In this document: in pieces, positions 55,688 through 57,861 of the stretch
How the letters are laid out: every line of letters begins with the position of its first letter
Numbering within the stretch: the stretch's first letter is position 1
Virus record (IMG/VR): IMGVR_UViG_3300020147_000011
Coordinates: 1-57,861 of that record
DNA length: 57,861 nucleotides
DNA from: a virus
Lineage: Duplodnaviria; Caudoviricetes
Direction: 5' to 3' (one strand)
The notes under the pieces: generated by a model
What the model saw: only the letters and a program-made list of their open reading frames with translations
Told to the model about the DNA's origin: nothing
Database searches by the model: none
Made by a program: the position numbers and the translations under genes

Positions 55688-57376
55688 TCAGGCGACCATC
55701 GCCGCGACGTCGGCGACGATTTGAGGTGATGGATTCCAGCTCATCAGGATCGCGGCCTCGAACAGTGCGATCAAAGGATCTATCTTGGCGCGGCCGGAGA
55801 TCTGCTTTGTGATCATAAGATGGTTGCCGCGCGGCTCGACCTTGGCGTTGCCCATCACCCAATCCATCAGTGCTTGCTCGGCATGCCAGAACGTGCCGTC
55901 ATCGAGCTTCAGTTCCAGCCCGTACATCGCCGGCGCCAACGCCGGGCCCTGCAGCAGGCGCCTGATCTGTTCGGGTGCGATGCCACCCTCGGCCAGTGCT
56001 TCGAACACGGCCGCCGCATTGTTCGGATCGACGCCAGCGGCATCCTTCTTCGACAACAGCCCGGAGGCCACCACCTGGCGCACCAGTTCGACGAAGCGGG
56101 CGTGGCGCGCGGCGCCGTCACCGATAGTCAGCGAGCCCTCGTCCTTGAAACGCAGTAGCGACGGCGCGATCGACTTGCGTCGCTCCAGCACCTTCGGATC
56201 GGCAAACGCGTGGCACCATGACAGCCACTCGCGCGTCGAGCGGTCGCGGCCGATCACCGCGAGTGCGAGCAGATCGTCGAGGCCGCCGCCATCGGCGCCG
56301 ATCGTCACCACCTCGGAGCGCGCCAGCAGCGACTCCAGCGTTAGCGTCGGATCGGCCGCGGCTTCCCAGAAGTCGGCACCGCGCCAGGTGTCGTTGGTGA
56401 TGCCCACACCGATTTCTATGTTCAGGTGCTGGCTGGCCCAGATCTGCTCGGCCTCGGCGTTGATCTTGCCGTTGTTCTGGTAATCGTCGATCAGGCGCTG
56501 CGGGTCGATCGAGCGCCCAAGGTTCGGCAAAATCAGCGGCCAGTTTTGCGGATCGCGCCAGTAGTCCTGGTCGCGCTGCAGCTCCGGCGGATACTCGTAC
56601 AACACCGGTAGCAGGATTGGATTGGGTCCGCCGGTGCCGTCACGAATATTGCGGGCCTTCGAAAGCTCGTTGGCCCAGATTCCATCCGGCCTCTCGTCCG
56701 ACTGAGTGGTGATCATCAGCACCTGACCGCCCTGCATCGTGATGCCACCGCCCCGGATCTGCTGCATTACGGCCGCGGCCTTCGCTTTCTTGCCGAGCTC
56801 GTGCAACTCATCGAGGATGGTCAGGATCGGGATCTCGCCGGTGACGATCGTGGTGTCGAAGGTCTTGACATCGAGCTTGGTGCCGGTCTTGCGCCGCGTG
56901 ATGCACTTCAGGTGATCCTGCACCTTGAAGATCTTGTTCAGCCGCTCATCGAGCCGGATCATGCCCTGCGCCTGCTCGAAGCATCGCTCCGAGATGTTCT
57001 GGCTCGGACCGACCAGAAGCATCTGCCGGTTGGGCGCGTCTTCCATGTAAAGCGCTGTAAGGCCGAGCGCTGCGACGTTGGTGGTCTTCGAATTCTTCTT
57101 CGGCACCATGCACAGCAGCTCCCACACCAGGCGCCGCTTCGTCTCGGGATCCTCGCTCGCCAGGAACGCACACAGGATGTCGCGGAACCAGTCGCCGCAG
57201 GCTTCCGACATCGGCGGGTTGCCGGGGACATCGGGAAGCCTGAGGCGATTGAAGAACGCCAGCGCCTTCGCGGCCTTGGCGGCATTCAACGGCACATGGG
57301 CCATTGGTGTCTGTCCGCGCTGGATCCGGTGCCACCAGTCCGGACAGGCGAAGCGCGGAAGATCAGTGGACGGCAT
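55688..57376 (-). CDS. terL: Terminase large subunit
   Basis: VPKKNSKT, ILDELH, ITTQ, GADGGGLDDL, KIDP. Confidence 0.95.
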   Translation of the reverse strand: MPSTDLPRFACPDWWHRIQRGQTPMAHVPLNAAKAAKALAFFNRLRLPDVPGNPPMSEACGDWFRDILCAFLASEDPETKRRLVWELLCMVPKKNSKTTNVAALGLTALYMEDAPNRQMLLVGPSQNISERCFEQAQGMIRLDERLNKIFKVQDHLKCITRRKTGTKLDVKTFDTTIVTGEIPILTILDELHELGKKAKAAAVMQQIRGGGITMQGGQVLMITTQSDERPDGIWANELSKARNIRDGTGGPNPILLPVLYEYPPELQRDQDYWRDPQNWPLILPNLGRSIDPQRLIDDYQNNGKINAEAEQIWASQHLNIEIGVGITNDTWRGADFWEAAADPTLTLESLLARSEVVTIGADGGGLDDLLALAVIGRDRSTREWLSWCHAFADPKVLERRKSIAPSLLRFKDEGSLTIGDGAARHARFVELVRQVVASGLLSKKDAAGVDPNNAAAVFEALAEGGIAPEQIRRLLQGPALAPAMYGLELKLDDGTFWHAEQALMDWVMGNAKVEPRGNHLMITKQISGRAKIDPLIALFEAAILMSWNPSPQIVADVAAMVA

Positions 57377-57839
57377 TCTGCGACGCGGCTTCCTCGTCGA
57401 GCTCGGCCATCAGGTCGGCGTCGGCGTCCATCGCGATCTGAGCGGCGACCACCTTCTTGCCGGCAGTCGGCTGCGTCTTGTCGCGGCCGGCCGCCATCTC
57501 GCGTTCGGCTTCCATCCGGTCGTTGCGTTCCATCAGCTTGCCGAATTCCTTCAGCGCGCCGACGTTGCCGCTCTCGGCGAGTTCCCATGCAAGCTCGAGG
57601 CGCCGCAGTTCCAGCCGATCGCGCGCGACCTCCTGCTGACGCAGCTCATAAAAATAATGCTTGCGCAACGTCGGCAGCGTGACGCCGAGCGTCGAGGAAA
57701 TCCGCGGCGTCGACCAGCCGAGCGCCAGCAACATGCTGACTCTGTTGCGGGTTCTGACCGTGACGACATGCGGCGGCCGGCCGCGCCGAACGGGTGCGTC
57801 GATCCATGGGTTGCCGAACAGGTCAAAATCCGCGTCCAA
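57363..57839 (-). CDS. terS: Terminase small subunit
   Basis: GRPPH...HTH...TLRKHY..EL...GNVGA; upstream of terL. Confidence 0.85.
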   Translation of the reverse strand: MDADFDLFGNPWIDAPVRRGRPPHVVTVRTRNRVSMLLALGWSTPRISSTLGVTLPTLRKHYFYELRQQEVARDRLELRRLELAWELAESGNVGALKEFGKLMERNDRMEAEREMAAGRDKTQPTAGKKVVAAQIAMDADADLMAELDEEAASQNAVH

Positions 57840-57861
57840 GATTAAAAAATCCCTGAATGAG

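Noticed and set aside
57085-57110. Terminase Walker A reads KKNSKT rather than KKNGKT
   Set aside because: As far as I recall this variant occurs in this terminase clade; the rest of the gene is intact

Overview
The window looks like one complete, excised genome of a temperate siphovirus with an HK97-type head, from a GC-rich alphaproteobacterium (Bradyrhizobium-like; the host is my inference). It is linearised between the HNH packaging nuclease (start of window) and the small terminase (end of window), the usual cos position. Minus strand 55-17402 carries a NusG-like regulator, a GGGAG-repeat origin, a split primase and primase-helicase, ParB-like, MT-A70, radical SAM and NDT-like genes, a heavily base-paired non-coding region beside a free HNH gene, and cro. 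Plus strand 17494-22336 carries cI, early genes, xis and a tyrosine integrase, followed by an attP core (3' half of tRNA-Arg). Accessory genes follow at 22.5-28.6 kb. The minus-strand late operon runs terS, terL, protease-capsid fusion, a ~9 kb inserted block, portal, neck, tail and lysis. Three observations stand out. (1) The integrase is bracketed by two GIY-YIG nucleases whose N-termini appear to be borrowed Xis-like and integrase arm-binding domains. (2) A pseudoknot-rich candidate RNA lies at ~15.5-16.2 kb, with an antisense 53-aa ORF and an adjacent HNH gene. (3) Three translationally coupled fibre or lectin-like proteins with Sec or Tat signal peptides sit inside the head operon. All calls come from reading motifs by eye; no searches were run.
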